From: Diadema antillarum | Lineage: Eukaryota | Assembly (NCBI RefSeq): GCF_040938485.1 | Contig: NW_027271421.1 | Coordinates: forward strand, 496,001 to 560,000 | Reading direction: 5' to 3' | Length of the DNA: 64,000 nt | Position numbers and translations under genes: made by a program | The notes under the pieces: model-generated | Told to the model about the DNA's origin: nothing | What the model saw: only the letters and a program-made list of their open reading frames with translations | The model's database searches: none | Part shown: positions 42,501 through 55,379 of the stretch, piece by piece | Layout: the number at the start of each line of letters is the position of its first letter | Numbering within the stretch: the first letter of the stretch is position 1

Positions 42501-45500
42501 ATGAGACAAATTCAATCTGTACGAAACGCTCCCTAGCAAACGATGTTTCATATTATCAAACAAAGACAATCTATACAAACCACGTGCATTGGAAGAACAC
42601 AGGAGTCTACCGTATCGCTATAGGCAACTATATGCAACTTTGACGCTTGTTTGCATCCGTAAGCAGCGTGAATAGGGTGAGCTTGATTGAGCCATTGTTC
42701 ATCATGAAAACATGAAATAGACCTGTGGTAGTGTAGGCCGATATACATAAGGTACAACGTCACAAACAATGACAAAAGGAGTCCCCTGAATACATGTACT
42801 ATACTAACCGAAAATGTCTAAGAAGGTTAATTTCGCAGCGGGTGTTTTTTGTACAGCATGTTTTCTGCCCAACCTCTGGTTTACATGAATGTACTGAAGA
42901 GTTCTGCGAATGATTTTCTCAGGTGAAGGCCCAGGTGCGGCGATCGTGTCAGCCAGCGGCGACGTCCATCAGAGTTGACTGGAGGGCAAAAGGGCCGGAG
43001 AGTCACGTGACCCTGACGAGGAAGCAAGTCATTCAAGCCCCTTCACAGATCGCATCTCTTTTCACTGGCACCAGACTTGTGCTCTATGCTCTGGGACCTG
43101 ACATTGCTGAAGTAAATAAAATCCTCACAGATGCTTATCACTAGCTGTTTATTCTTGATTGAACTCGAACTTGGGAGGGGTTGTTAAAATGTCAAAGATT
43201 TATATGCGATCATAAGAACAGTGGTATGGTTAGTTCATTCTGAAATATCGACCTGGGGCACGTTGCATAAAAGTTACTATTATGGTAACTTTGCCATCCA
43301 ATGGTAACTTCCATGGAATTCTTGATTTTGATTGGCTGTTGAGTATTGTTACCATGGTAGTTACCATTGGATGGCAAAGTTACCACAATAGTAACTTTTA
43401 TGCAACAGGCCCCTGGAAGAGGCATGGTGCACGGTGATTAATGGTTATATACCTGCCTACATAAGAAGAAGTTTATCTTTATGTCACGAACCACTGAAGT
43501 TGGACGATGATTATGAAAGCTAAAAGCCCAAATCTTGAAAGCAACTCGTTGTAAGTTCGGATTTCTATGGATTTCTTTCGCTCTAAATTGAAATATGTAC
43601 ACTGTATATATATTTTCTATCTCAATGAATAATCCATGATGAAGATTATAATTCAGTTGCATTTCCACAGTAGGTAATATCTTCCATAGATGTCAACCAG
43701 GATTCTTTTCATCTCTTCAGGTTGTTCTTAGCGCCGACATTGAAGGTCGAGAAGTAACGTGTAAGGTGACGTCGGAGAACTGCGCCACCAACGCCGGTCT
43801 GGTGAGTATATTATGCTATGTTTAGAAGCTGATAAGCTCTGTTGTCAGCATGACGCTGTTGTAGGTTTCCTCAAGCCAGTTTGACAAAAAAAAACAAGAA
43901 AAAAGGGCACACAAAACACTATTACCACCGCGAAAAAAAACAACCTACAATCGAAACGATCAAGACAAAGACTCAATGTAAAAATTTGGAGAAACATTTG
44001 GTCTTATGTCTTTCAACAAAGACATGAAAGAGTTGGATTCTGTACACACTGACGAGAGACAATACACTATAATTATAGTAGTTGACTTTCAATATTCGGC
44101 AATGGTAAAAGAAAAGAGGAAACTTCGTGTGCTCTAGAATCATTGAGAATTTAAATGTTTTGGATAGTGTAATGTGCTATGTACATAATGAAAAAAAAGA
44201 AAAAAACACTAGGTTGAATAGTTTACACCTTTATCTAGGCGTTAGATATGTATGCTATACCAAATGTGACTGTTCAAACACATCTTAGTTTGGTTACTAC
44301 CACTGCATTTCAGTCATTCGCGATAGGAAATACGTGGTTTTAGAATGATCACATTAATTAAAAAAAAAAAACACGTAGAAATGAGTGATATTAAGCGGGA
44401 TCTTTCTTGATTAGATCCCGTAAGTTTCTAAAGTAAAGAACCAGAGGTAGAGTTTACATGTCTTGCCGTTTTCCCTGTATACTAATTACTGTACAAACAT
44501 AGCTAGCATCCACGTTATGTTTTCGTCTTCTGTGAAGTTTTAAGTGTGAAATTACCATTGGCAACATGCTCGAAAATATTTTGAGATGGTATTTACCTTC
44601 CAGGGCAGTTAAAAACCGACAACAATGACAACAACGACACAGAATAGTACATATAGCCAGTTCAGACATGTAAATGCATACTTTCTGTATAGCACTGCTG
44701 GACAATCGGCTTCCATTGCTTTTTAGACCTGATATAAATGATTAAAGGATTGCATCGCTATCTCCGCTGTATCGTTTATATCTGGAAGACGCTTCATCGC
44801 CTAGCAACGAGGGGAGTGGTCAGGGACTGGGAGGTTGGATCTGTGCACGCGGATAGGTTGGAAAATGACGCCATGATGGATGACGTCCGGCGAATGCTGG
44901 TCCAACTGGGCATCGAGTTCAACATCATTTCTCCTCTGACGAGTTTTGTCGCAATTGAGGAGCGATCTGAGGTAGAGCACGTGTAGAGACCTACATATGA
45001 AGATCTTTATCACTCTCTCTTGTTTGCGCCAACCTGATTTATACCGTACTCACATCGAGGACATTTCGTTTATTGTTATAATTCCCTATCATCTGAAATC
45101 ATACTTTTACAATACATTACGTTATTAATGAACATCCCATACTATTTTTCCTAATTTATTTACCGTATTTATGGATATACATAACACACCATGATTTGCC
45201 ATGATTTAGTCAATCATAATAATGCTCATTTTTAAAGTAATAAAGACAATATTACGTATACAATAATCATAGATTGGCAACAGTATTGGCACAGTATCTT
45301 TTCAATCGGCTGAAATGTCGCCAAGTAACTTCGGAATTCGAAGCCCATTATGCTGCATGAGGATATTCAATAGCCTATATGAAAAGACAAGACACAAGTT
45401 ATTCTACTCATGGTTTATAGTTTGGTAATCTAGGGCCACCTTTCATCATGATGGTAACATCAGGCCCAAAAGACCAAATTTTAAAAAAGTGAAAACTCCG

Positions 45501-48500
45501 ACAAAAATAAGGCAGATGAAATACAATGAATATAAAGAAGCAATCACAGTAACTGGTAGTCTATATTTATTCTGACAGGACGACACAAAGAAAGACGATC
45601 CATCGATGTCAAGTCTACTGGCCGAGATGAGTCCTGGGGGCCGTGACACGCAGCATGGAACGTGGCACAGCCAGCCTGCCTCCACGGGCACGGAATCGGT
45701 ATGGTTACCATAGCAACTATGGCTCATCTTCCTCCGGGATGAATTCTGCGTCTAATAATGAGCAGTTCACTGGAAAGAAAGGGGTGCCCTTCCGGCTTAA
45801 AAGCTGATACAGGCATCGACTAGAAACATGAAATGAATTTGGGCTGAAGCAGGTCGAGGCAGTCAGCGGATGATCATTTTGAGGAGGAAATTTAATGTTT
45901 TATTCATTTATTCAAATATTTTGGGATTTTCAGTGAGGATCTTGTAAAATAAAGTATGCACATTGCGCGATAGATTGGATAAACTTTAGTTCCTGCTATC
46001 TCTGTTAACACTATTTCTTATCCTTCGTCATTACTAATGATATTAACATTATCGTTGGAGATATCAAGGATGATAGATGTTGAATAGATTTTTTTTTAAT
46101 GATCTGTCTCAGAGTACATTGGATTGTAGTGATAATTAGTAGAGATGGGCACATCACACTTCTAAAAAGAATCGTAAAAACGTGTTCAATTTCCCCGTTG
46201 ACATTGTAAATTAGATTATATGAAATATGTTTTTCTTGTAACTTTGGTCCTCAGAGTGATGTTATCACTAGACTGGAGGATATTCTGTCTCGAGCAAAGG
46301 GAGCCCAGAATACTTTCTCCTTCGTGACCGCTGAGAACCAATACCAGCGTGCGATGGAGCTCGCCTCGGAGTCTCTGCCTCCAACGCACCCTTGTGTCCA
46401 AGAGGTAACCCTTTAGATGAATTTTTGTCGTCATTTTACCATACAATTTCCACAAGAAAGACAACGAACACAGAAAATTGAAGATAAGGTAAATAATTTA
46501 ATTTTGAAACAACGGTGACACGGGAAACCAAATCTACATCATGGACCCTGACCCGCTAGCCTGGTGACTCCATGAAGTGTGAAGGCTGGCCCGGCTATAC
46601 TCGGATATATTCGAGAATTTCCGTAACGATCGACTTGTTTTAAACTTTATCACTAATCTCCATGTAAGTAGGGCTTACACACACAGCCAAAGAATCTCGG
46701 CTCAAGTTGACTATTGCCGATGAGCATACGCTTCGATGCACATATTCGCTGACTAGCGCTATTCGTGGTTTTCGAACGTACCCCGGTGGGTATTGAATGA
46801 TTTAATTGGGCCATCCATTTCTTCCCATGTCTAAAACCTCTGCAAAAACCATCGTCAATGGCTTTTGTGGAGCATTCTGCAAATAATTTGGATCAATGTA
46901 GCGTTAGGAAGACTCGAATACATCCTGATTTAAACAAACTTCATTGATAGTGCAACGGTATGAAAGACGATATAAAATTTCAGCCATTCATATCGCACAA
47001 GGCTACTTATATGATCACATTAACTGAAAAAAAAAATGCTGAAAATAATGGTGCGATTTATCGCCATGAATGCATGGTTGTCTTATTACATGCAGGCATT
47101 CCTGGCAGTGGCTAACTTCTACCTTCACATCAAAGGCGAGGCGACCAAGGCTAAGGATGTTCTTGATGACATCCTCCAACGAGTCAAAACGTCAACATCC
47201 GCTGAGATTGATCGAAGGCTCCCTAACATGTCTAAGATGTTAGTATTCGAGTTCTGTGAGAAGGGGTGAAGACGCATGCGCAATATTCAGTTAAGCAGTC
47301 TGCTGTAGCAGCTAAAATATATGACGGCAAGCTTCCTTGAGAAGCCTTTGTGTTATCTTTTCAAATGATTGTGTCGATAAAAGCAGATTGCGGTTGGAAA
47401 CTCCATAGAACATGTAGAATGGTTATGCAAACTGCCGGTCTGCCCGTTCGTAAGTTGATTTATATTTATATCAAGAAACACTGCTGTTTATTATGCTCTC
47501 TTTTGTTCCTTACGCTGTCTCGTAGCCTCTGTAAGATGTACCAACACCGCAAGCGTACGTCTCATACAGTTTGTTCGATTTCTGCGCATTGTGTATTTAG
47601 TAAAAAGGAGCAACTAAAGTACATCCAATTATTGGTGGCAGATTTAAGATGTGGTTGTAACATCAATTGATTTCGAAACCCCGTCCTAGCTCTTTTAAAA
47701 GTTTTATTCTGTTCGCTCTTCATCGCTAATGAACTGGCATAATTATATTTTATTGTTGTTATTTTTGTTAATCCCTACCACAGATGTCAATGTGTCATTG
47801 ATGAAGGATTCCAAGGGAAAGAGCGGCAGCTCAAACCACCGGGTGAATCACAAAAACACGATCGCATGGTTCGCATAGAATCTCGAGAAACACAGCAGCC
47901 CTGCGATGCTCCGATACCATCGGCTAAAGCCATGGACGCTACACGGACTCTAAAGACGGAGGAGCTAGTTTCCCCAACACTCCGAGATGTTGATATGGAT
48001 CAACTTGCAGATCAGCTGGAATTGTTGTCTCCAACGGAAGACACACAAAAATCATTTCTTGCACATGCAGAAGAGGCGTGTGCGCTCAAGGAATCACCTG
48101 TCGACGTCATGGAGCTTTCGGAGGAGGTTTACTCTGCCGATGAGCCTGAACCTGCCTACATGGTAGAATCTATTCAAGAAATTCAGCTAGTTGAAGATGT
48201 AATGTCTCCTGTCCTCTGCTTAGCTGAACCAGCTAGTAGGTCGTTGGCCTTTTCATATGAAACCGAAGCTGCATACCTTGAGCCCATGGAAGAACTTCAG
48301 ATCTGTGAGGAGGTACAGGAAGTGTTGTCTCCTGTCCTGGAATCGAGCGTTGATTCGTTACCTTTGATGCTAGCAGAAGTTGAGTCTGTCACAGAGCTGA
48401 GGAAAGACGTGGCAGAACCTATGAGATTGGAGCAACGCATGGAGAAAAGGTTAGAGTTGGCAGAACCTGTAATGCTTCAAGAACGAATGGAGACACGGGT

Positions 48501-51319
48501 AAAAATGGCCGAACCTGTTATGATGGCGAAAAAGTTAGAGTTGGCAGAACCTGTAATGCTTCAAGAACGAATGGAGACACGGGTAAAAATGGCCGAACCT
48601 GTTATGATGGCGAAAAAGTTAGAGTTGGCAGAACCTGTAATGCTTCAAGAACGAATGGAGACACGAGTAAAAATGGCAGAACCTGTAATGATGGTGCAAC
48701 ACATGGAGGAAAAAATGGCGTTGGCAGAACGTGTGATGATGGAGCAACATATTGAGGAAAGTTTAGAGTTGGCAGAACCTGTAATGATGGAGGAAAAGTT
48801 GGCGTTGGCAGAACCTGTAATGCTTCAAGAACGAATGGAGACACGAGTGAAAATGGCAGAACCTGTAATGATGGTACAACACATGGAGGAAAAATTGGCG
48901 TTGGCAGAACCTGTGATGATGGAGCAACATATTGAGGAAAGTTTAGAGTTGGCAGAACCTGTAATGATGGAGCAAAAGTTGGCGTTGGCAGAACCTGCAA
49001 TGCTTCAAGAACGAATGGAGACAAGGGTAAAAATGGCAGAACCTGTGTTGATGGCGAAAAAGTTAAAGTTGGCAGAACCTGTGATGCTGGAAGAACGAAT
49101 GGAGACACGAGTAAAAATGGCAGAACCTGTAATGATGGTACAACACATGGAGGAAAAATTGGCGTTGGCACAACCTGTGATGATGGAGCAACATATTGAG
49201 GAAAGTTTAGAGTTGGCAGAACCTGTAATGATGGAGGAAAAGTTGGCGTTGGCAGAACCTGTAATGCTTCAAGAACGAATGGAGACAAGGGTAAAAATGG
49301 CAGAACCTGTGTTGATGGCGAAAAAGTTAGAGTTGGCAGAACCTGCGATGCTGGAAGAACGAATGGAGACAAGATTAAAGATGGCAGAACCTGTAATGAT
49401 GGTACAACACATGGATGAAAAAACGGCGTTGGCACAACCTGTTATGATGAAGGAAAAGTTAGAGTTGGCAGAACCTGTGATGATGGAGGCACATATAGAG
49501 GAAAAATTAGAGTTGGTAGAAGCTCCCGAGTTGGATCAAGTACTTGATGCTACCCCAGCTTTGGAAGCCGATGACATCCTGCCAAAACAACAGAAGCTCG
49601 CTCCAGCCAAGGAAGATCTCGAAAAGACAGAGGCCTTCGACATAATCACAAGAATTTTGCAAGTAGGGCATCAGGTAAGGAGCAAGATTAGTGGAAAAAA
49701 AATCGATTTCAAATTGCAGAGTATATGCACCCATCTTAAGTCATTAACATTGGAACAAACAGAAGCAGAGCTAGAAATTCCTTCATGAATTGTATATTCC
49801 TAACAAGAATCAGTTCACGGAATAACCGTCATACTTTACTCTCTGTACGACCGAAACAATAACCATGTAACCATCTTATTCAGTACCATGGCTCACTCAG
49901 TGCAACTCAGGCTCCCATAATCATTCCTGAGCTGTTTTGTTTTGTTTTGTTTTATTTATTTCAATACGGTTTAAAAAAAACTATCAGCCTCAGGGCTGTT
50001 TTTCAGTGAGTCCGTATATATCAATATACATGGTATAAAACAACCAAAAATAATACAGAACAAAAGATAGCATACACAAATACGACAAGAAACATATTCA
50101 CAAAACATCACGTCTGCTTCGAACAGCAAATGCTCTCTAAATATTTCATGACTGCAGAGGTTTTCCGTTTACTGCATATAGACAGTGCACATAATCTTGA
50201 ATGAAAATACGAATCCAAACTTGATTATCCTGTACCATTCATGCAGAAGAACGTGACTTTATGTATAACTTTCACCACGTCCCGTCACTATTATCAGGAC
50301 GAGCAGTCCCGCTGGTGTTGGGAGGTCGCTGACATCGAAGGAGAATTCGGCATCGACTGCAGCAAAGTGACCGAGGCACTTCAGCAGCCTGACCAATACC
50401 TGGACATGGATGACACGCTGCTTGAAACTTGTAAGTTTCTCTTCCCGCTTCTTCCCCTGTTAACTTATCAAATTCAACTGGGTCCGAGTGTCCGAGAGAG
50501 GGAGAAATCATGGACGAGTCGTTACAAATCAGCGAGTAGTGAAACAGGATCATATGAAAAATACAAACACACACACACACACACACAACACCACAAATCA
50601 TACATTTCATTGAAGACTGCTGGGCACTTTCAGCTTGAATATAGTGTTTGTGGTATAGACTCTAGACCCAATAGCTAAAATAGACGTAAGATATAAGACG
50701 TTGTTCAAATGCACTTATCAGGTCATAACTTGAAAACGTCTTTTTGTATGTGTATGGGAGAATGTGGTCTTCCAAATGTTGAAAGCGACACCCTCCAATA
50801 AAACTGATTCACATTAGACTATGAAAGAATTTTGCCCTTAGTCTCACTACTGATCCACTTTACATTGCTCGCATGATTCGGCAGTCAACAGGTGACAAAC
50901 AAAATGTACCATGATGTTCTTCCATCCTGTTTCATTGATAGAGCAAGAAAGTCATTTTGCCATAAGTCTGACAAGCGTCTTGGGTAACCTTAGCAGCAAA
51001 GGGTGACCAACTGTTAACTCCAAGTTTGACTCTCTGTTGTCTTCGTCCTGCTATAGGGATGTCAAGCCTCGGCCTCATCAAGAGGATTGTTGCAACTCTC
51101 CTTGTCACCGCCCTGCTCTCATGCCTGGAATCGACACTCCACTCAACCGACATCGACGTCGACAAGGTTCGTTTGTCGTGGGAGAAGACTTACCAACCGC
51201 CGTCTGAGTTATGTACCCTGGCTGTGAAGTGTGGTCTGGACGTAACCTGGAAGGACGCCCTCACCGTATTTCAATTGGAGAACGCCCTAGATGACATCGT
51301 CAATATAGTTTCAAGTTAG
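25815..51319 (+). CDS. PARP4: PARP4 / vault poly(ADP-ribose) polymerase-like protein (~2,001 aa)
   Basis: 27 GT-AG coding exons, phase-consistent, total 6,006 nt: 25815-25928, 27406-27564, 27885-28040, 29022-29159, 29626-29808, 30296-30456, 30842-30979, 31315-31413, 35747-35930, 36760-36943, 37461-37591, 37881-38099, 38571-38782, 39043-39124, 39668-39805, 40283-40469, 40725-40992, 42241-42340, 42923-43111, 43721-43801, 44789-44971, 45579-45698, 46255-46404, 47096-47238, 47784-49674, 50298-50430, 51057-51319 (TAG). PARP reg (VEKAEAVLL, KQDLCQLI), catalytic (LLFHSS, GILSRGILLPK, GSGIYFGD, AKYS, FDSVHGV, EDEYTVY), VIT (YVFPLDECAAVCGFEAYINGKHVVG, TVGNLPP), VWA (LDRSTS, ISDGHV, TSFVAIEER), C-terminal IVATLLV...LDVTW. 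Matches remembered vertebrate PARP4 motifs in order. Confidence 0.95.
25998..26249. repeat. 49-bp minisatellite, ~5 copies
   Basis: Unit ATGGCACTATATGCTACTAACATTCGATCTCGCTTTGGAGTGATAGGCA; GATCTC recurs at 26021, 26070, 26119, 26168, 26217 (period 49). Confidence 0.97.
27200..27340 (-). mobile_element. Retroposon 3' end (stem-loop + AATAAA + (TTGAAC)n tail), antisense in a PARP4 intron
   Basis: Minus strand: GGGACCCC...TACAAGCTCTGCTT...GGGGTCCC, then AATAAA directly followed by (CTTGAA)4. Confidence 0.6.
28280..28530 (+). mobile_element. Retroposon 3' end (stem-loop + AATAAA + (TTGAA)n tail)
   Basis: GGGGCCCAC...TACAAGCATTGTCTT...GTGGGTCCC (28280-28320), gaaataaagcatgaattgaattgaattgaa at the 3' end; preceded by another (TTGAA)n tract at 28235-28278. 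Confidence 0.6.
31751..32030. repeat. Interspersed repeat (unclassified, probably DNA-transposon-derived), copy 1
   Basis: Paired motifs GGTGCTGAATC...CAACTCTTGCATCCTTGAAGG and GGATGCTAAATC...CAATTCTTGCATCCTTAAGG ~170 bp apart; a homologous pair occurs near 35015 and 35195. Confidence 0.55.
35010..35600. repeat. Same repeat family, copy 2, with local tandem re-duplications (including a 98-bp-period duplicate at ~35425-35597)
   Basis: ATTCAGCACTCTCGAAATAGGATAAAA occurs twice; aaagagaataagggtaaagagaagatgtaaatattaatgagggctcttgcagccataa occurs at 35441 and 35539. Confidence 0.7.
41103..41377 (+). mobile_element. Retroposon 3' end (stem-loop + AATAAA + (TTGAA)n tail)
   Basis: GATCCAC...GACAAGCCTTGCTT...GTGGATT (41104-41139), then gaaataaactatga(ttgaa)5. 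Confidence 0.6.
43256..43412. mobile_element. 157-bp palindromic PIF/Harbinger-like MITE
   Basis: ~55-bp inverted arms GGGCACGTTGCATAAAAGTTACTATTATGGTAACTTTGCCATCCAATGGTAACT / reverse complement; 3-bp CTG direct repeats at 43253-43255 and 43413-43415 (CWG-type TSD). Confidence 0.85.
48409..49512 (+). repeat. In-frame coding tandem repeat: 25 AEPVM-anchored units of 12 or 16 aa (36/48 bp)
   Basis: Parsed from ORF 47866-49788; 368 aa with the frame preserved. Confidence 0.97.
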
Positions 51320-52176
51320 GCCTTTAATTTGGAAAAAACCGGCTTCCTCGTAGAAGGCCGATATTCTTATTTTTTTCTTACGAAGAACGTCTTGAGAGAA
51401 ATAATTTTATGAAGTCAATGTTTTACATTCAGCTTTCTTGTAACCGTAGGAAGAGGTAGTGTAGTAAATATAACGCCACAAAATGCGACTATAAAGTAAA
51501 TGTTGCAATTATGCTGAGTTCAGCTTTTTCCCATATATAATGTAAGATGTATATTGATGGACTGACATTGCTACTGCTGCTAAAACAATATGCATTGACA
51601 TGATTCTGAGAATCTTCAGTTCAGCCAAATATAATTATTTTGTTTGGTTCTCACAACTCTGACATACAGATCCCAAGCATTTAAGTGTCTAGATTTATCA
51701 CGTCGAGAGAGACAAATAAAGCCTATTCAAGGTAGTGATGTAGCAGAAGCAGTATGAACTAAATGACGTCATTTACTCGCATTCATGATGTCACATAATA
51801 GATCTAGGGATAGCATTGTTGAATCTTTGTCTGTTTAAGTATTGAAATCGTGCAACTGCTAAGCAGCTTCAGGATCCAGTGTTGCGCTGCTGATTTTCAC
51901 ATTTTTTCGTTTGTTTTTACGTATTTGCGATTCAGTCAGCATGATTCACAAAAGAGAGAAGGCAAAGGAAGGATGATACGTTGTACTGTTTCATACATCG
52001 TGTAATAGGACGTCATATATGCGTCCAGTCCAACACAATAATGAGGTGGATATAATATGCACCCAGTCTCTTTACAAATCTTCCCTCTAACCAGCATGGT
52101 TGGTCTTTGCTATGAGATGGTTAATTACAGTAGTACCGTATCTAGGTCATTACTGAAAGAAACGGTATACGCTGTA

Positions 52177-52360
52177 CAGTGGACTCCCGTTATAACGAAG
52201 TCCTCAGGACCGGTAATTTTCTTTCGTGATATCGAAATTTCGTTATAATGGAACAAATAAACAATAAAAAGCAGAGAGAGGATAATGTTGCGGCCTGAAT
52301 TTTTCTTTCGCTGTAACCAGAATTTCGTTATAACCGTATTCGTTATAACGGAGTGCACTG
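52177..52360. mobile_element. 184-bp Tc1-mariner/pogo (Tigger-like) MITE
   Basis: TA TSD on both sides (52175-52176, 52361-52362); TIRs CAGTGGACTCCCGTTATAACGAA / TTCGTTATAACGGAGTGCACTG. Confidence 0.9.
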
Positions 52361-53429
52361 TATGCAAAACAAAATAGGACAAGGACTTGAAGAATGATCA
52401 AAGATATTTCAATGGCTGACCCAATGTTTTGTTGAAACTCAACTTATTGGTTGAAGGGAAAAAACACGTGCTGGACGAAGAAAGCTGATGGAATAAAAGC
52501 TAGCAGTACAACTGTAGCATTCAAGGAATGGGATCAGATCAGGAATCGTTTAATCGAATATGAAGAGAGTTTAAGGCAAGCAATCTTTGAATTTGCAACG
52601 AATCTTAAAGCATTTCGTGCTAGCATATTGCCTTGTAGCGTTTGAGCACCTTTGAATGCAACAAAATGTGTGACGTTTACACTTCGAGAGATTTTATCAT
52701 AAAGAAGAATCTTCGAGTAATGTAAAGAAGGTGGCAACGTCTCGTACTCGCATCCACATTCCAAAGGAAACATGATTCCTGCATTTATCACTTATCGATG
52801 ATTATCTCATTGATAGGAATGTCCTTGACCTTATAAATGACATTAAAAAACATTTCACACATGTCAATGATTACGTATATTTAGTTACTTTTCTACCCGG
52901 ATTTTCTTACTTTTAAACCGTTACATTACACTGATATTGAATAATGGTGAATTCTGAATTGGCTGGCCTGACAGTTGAGAATTCAACGGAACTAAGAAAC
53001 AGTGAATGGATTATCAGTGAATTCCTTGATTCCAGAAACAATGTTAACTTTAAATTAACTTTAAGCTGAATTACTATGGCCCGAAATTGACTGGCTACTT
53101 GTAAGGTAAAGAACCAAAAGAATATGACAATTTGCGTATATTGTGAGGGCTGGCGAAAGAAGAAAAAAAAATGTGTACAGTGTATAAGATACTTATTTCA
53201 TTACGACCTGAATGACACTTTGATGATTTAGAATATATACTTTAATTTTGCTTAACTGAACATATTTTGCATAACAGCCACATCTTTATAATATAAAAAT
53301 ATAAATATGATATAATACATCAATTTATAAAGCGCAAAACCTATAGCCATAATTCTTCTGCGCTGAAAGCGCATCATTAGCAAGATTTGGATTTTGCAAT
53401 TCCGTAGAGACGATTAAGAGTGATTTAAA

Positions 53430-54155
53430 GAGTTTGAAGCTAATAGAGAAGTGCAAGCGCGCCCGAACACTTCTGTCTTTTTTTTTTCTCTCTTTTTTAT
53501 TATTATTATTATTATTTTTTTGGGGGGGTGGCAAAATCTCGACAGGGGCACATTTATGTGACGATGTGAGATCCTCAGTGAGGGAGCGAAGCGACCGAGC
53601 CTGGGAGGGTGTGGAAGGGGATACCCCCCCCCCCCCCCTCCCACGGTAGGGACTTTTTGTAAAAACAAAGTACAAAAGTCGCGTTAATAGAGCATTTTGA
53701 ATTAAATTTCTAGGGAATAAAACATAAAAGAAATCACTGCAAAGGCATGGAAGGACTATAATCATAACTTAGGAAAACTATTCATTTTACTATAAGTACG
53801 GGCAGAGCGAGCGAGTCACTTTCACTTTGCCATTCGTCTGAAATGCATTCATTAAAAGCTTAAACGTGATCGCATTGTTCGAGCAATAAAAAAATATTCT
53901 TATACTGCTAGAAAGCAGAGAAGAAAAGGAAAAATGTAAGGATTATTAAAGGTATGTTTCAGCGGGCACTCTCGAGGACACGAGGCTACCATGTATACAC
54001 TAAATTCACTCGTAAGGTAATATTAGTGTTTACACATATGTAATAATGTATATGTATATATGTTAGTGTAGTGTATTTTTTTTTTCGTTTTGCCCCCCCC
54101 CCCCCCCCCCCCTTTCCGGCGCCCTTGGAGAAGTGTGCCTCTGGATACTACCATT
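53430..54155. mobile_element. Fragmentary GC-tract non-autonomous element
   Basis: gagcgaagcgaccgagc / gagcgagcgag motifs, poly-G/C tracts, and a right end ctggatactaccattg resembling CTGGATCCGCCACTG-type termini. No left end found. Confidence 0.35.
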
Positions 54156-55379
54156 GGTCATACGTTCGTTAATGGTGATTGAAAAAAATAAATGTCAATT
54201 CAATTTCTCATCGACGTCACCTGTGAAGAAGATAATGAGGAGTATGATTTTGCTGTCTGTGATAAGATGAAGATGATTACAGTCAGTTATCTGAACACTG
54301 TGGTAGAATGAACGAGAGTCTTGACTCTTGAACAGGTTCAAATTGGTCATCCTAGGAATATCCATCTTGGCCCAGAGTTTCGAATACATGTACTATATAT
54401 GCGATGTTCGCAGAGTGATAAAAAACAAACCCTTCAGGCAGAATTCTACAAGTAGCACGAAAGACGCTACTTAGTGAGTCAGACCATGTTTTTCATAATG
54501 ATATCATTTGTTGTGACGAGGATAGCGGAGACGAAGGTGATATAATGATCGATGTGAGGTTTTTAGAGTGGACAGTGTGGCTTTCTGTGCCAATCGGAAA
54601 AGCGCGCAAAGGGTTAAAATCAACAGATGCCATTTTCCCCTTGGCCACTGTACCCACACTGATCTTTTACATCTATAACTCTTCGACGGAGACCACGTTG
54701 TCTACGAATTGTCGTATTGTGGAGTGGAAGTCACTACATACGGCGTATCTAATAGTGATACAGGTATCTAAATATGAAATTTTGCGTGCATTGAATAAGT
54801 GTGCTTGTGCGTGTATGTATGGGGGCTTATTCCTTTCTTTTTGCGTTTAGAATGGCGGCGGTGACATAGGCCCTAACCGGTATGTGTGTGTTGGGGGGGG
54901 GGGGGGTGCATGTGTGTATGTATGTGCGTGTGTGAGTGTGTTGTGATTATATGACTGCATTTTTTTACTGTATCAACAATGAATGGTGTGTGTAATGTCC
55001 CTTAACCACTGTCTCTATATTAAAATACCATTGGCGACTAATAAATCACCTGCACTTTTCTCGACGGCTACCATATTGTTATCTTGTCATTATCTCCGAG
55101 TGTTGTTCTTTAAAATGTTGCATCATGTCAAATATGAACACTATTGTCTTATGTATAATCAAAATACGATTTATCCCGTGCTTGTATGTTATCATAGGCC
55201 TACATGATTTCCACTTATTAAGGATAGTTATTATTATACATGTTATGATATGTCATTACCTTCTTAAAATTTGTTGTTGTACTATTAGCTTAACCCATAA
55301 TATTCTGATAGGGATATCAATCACTAAATGAAGTGTTGAGACTAGAGTTTGCGTTGCCTCATCTAGACTGGGGTTGTTT

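Noticed and set aside
47036-47269. ORF stop at 47269 as the end of the PARP4 gene
   Set aside because: A GTTAGT donor at 47239 gives the phase-2 junction needed to enter the 47784 exon, and conserved C-terminal exons follow at 50298 and 51057.
48602-49435. 277-aa antisense ORF (LQVLPT repeats)
   Set aside because: Shadow of the sense-strand coding repeat; no splice or domain evidence.
54195-54850. Protein-looking short ORFs (YSKLWAKMD...; DEDSGDEGD...)
   Set aside because: No motif I can assign and no convincing splice partners; a BLASTx would be needed.
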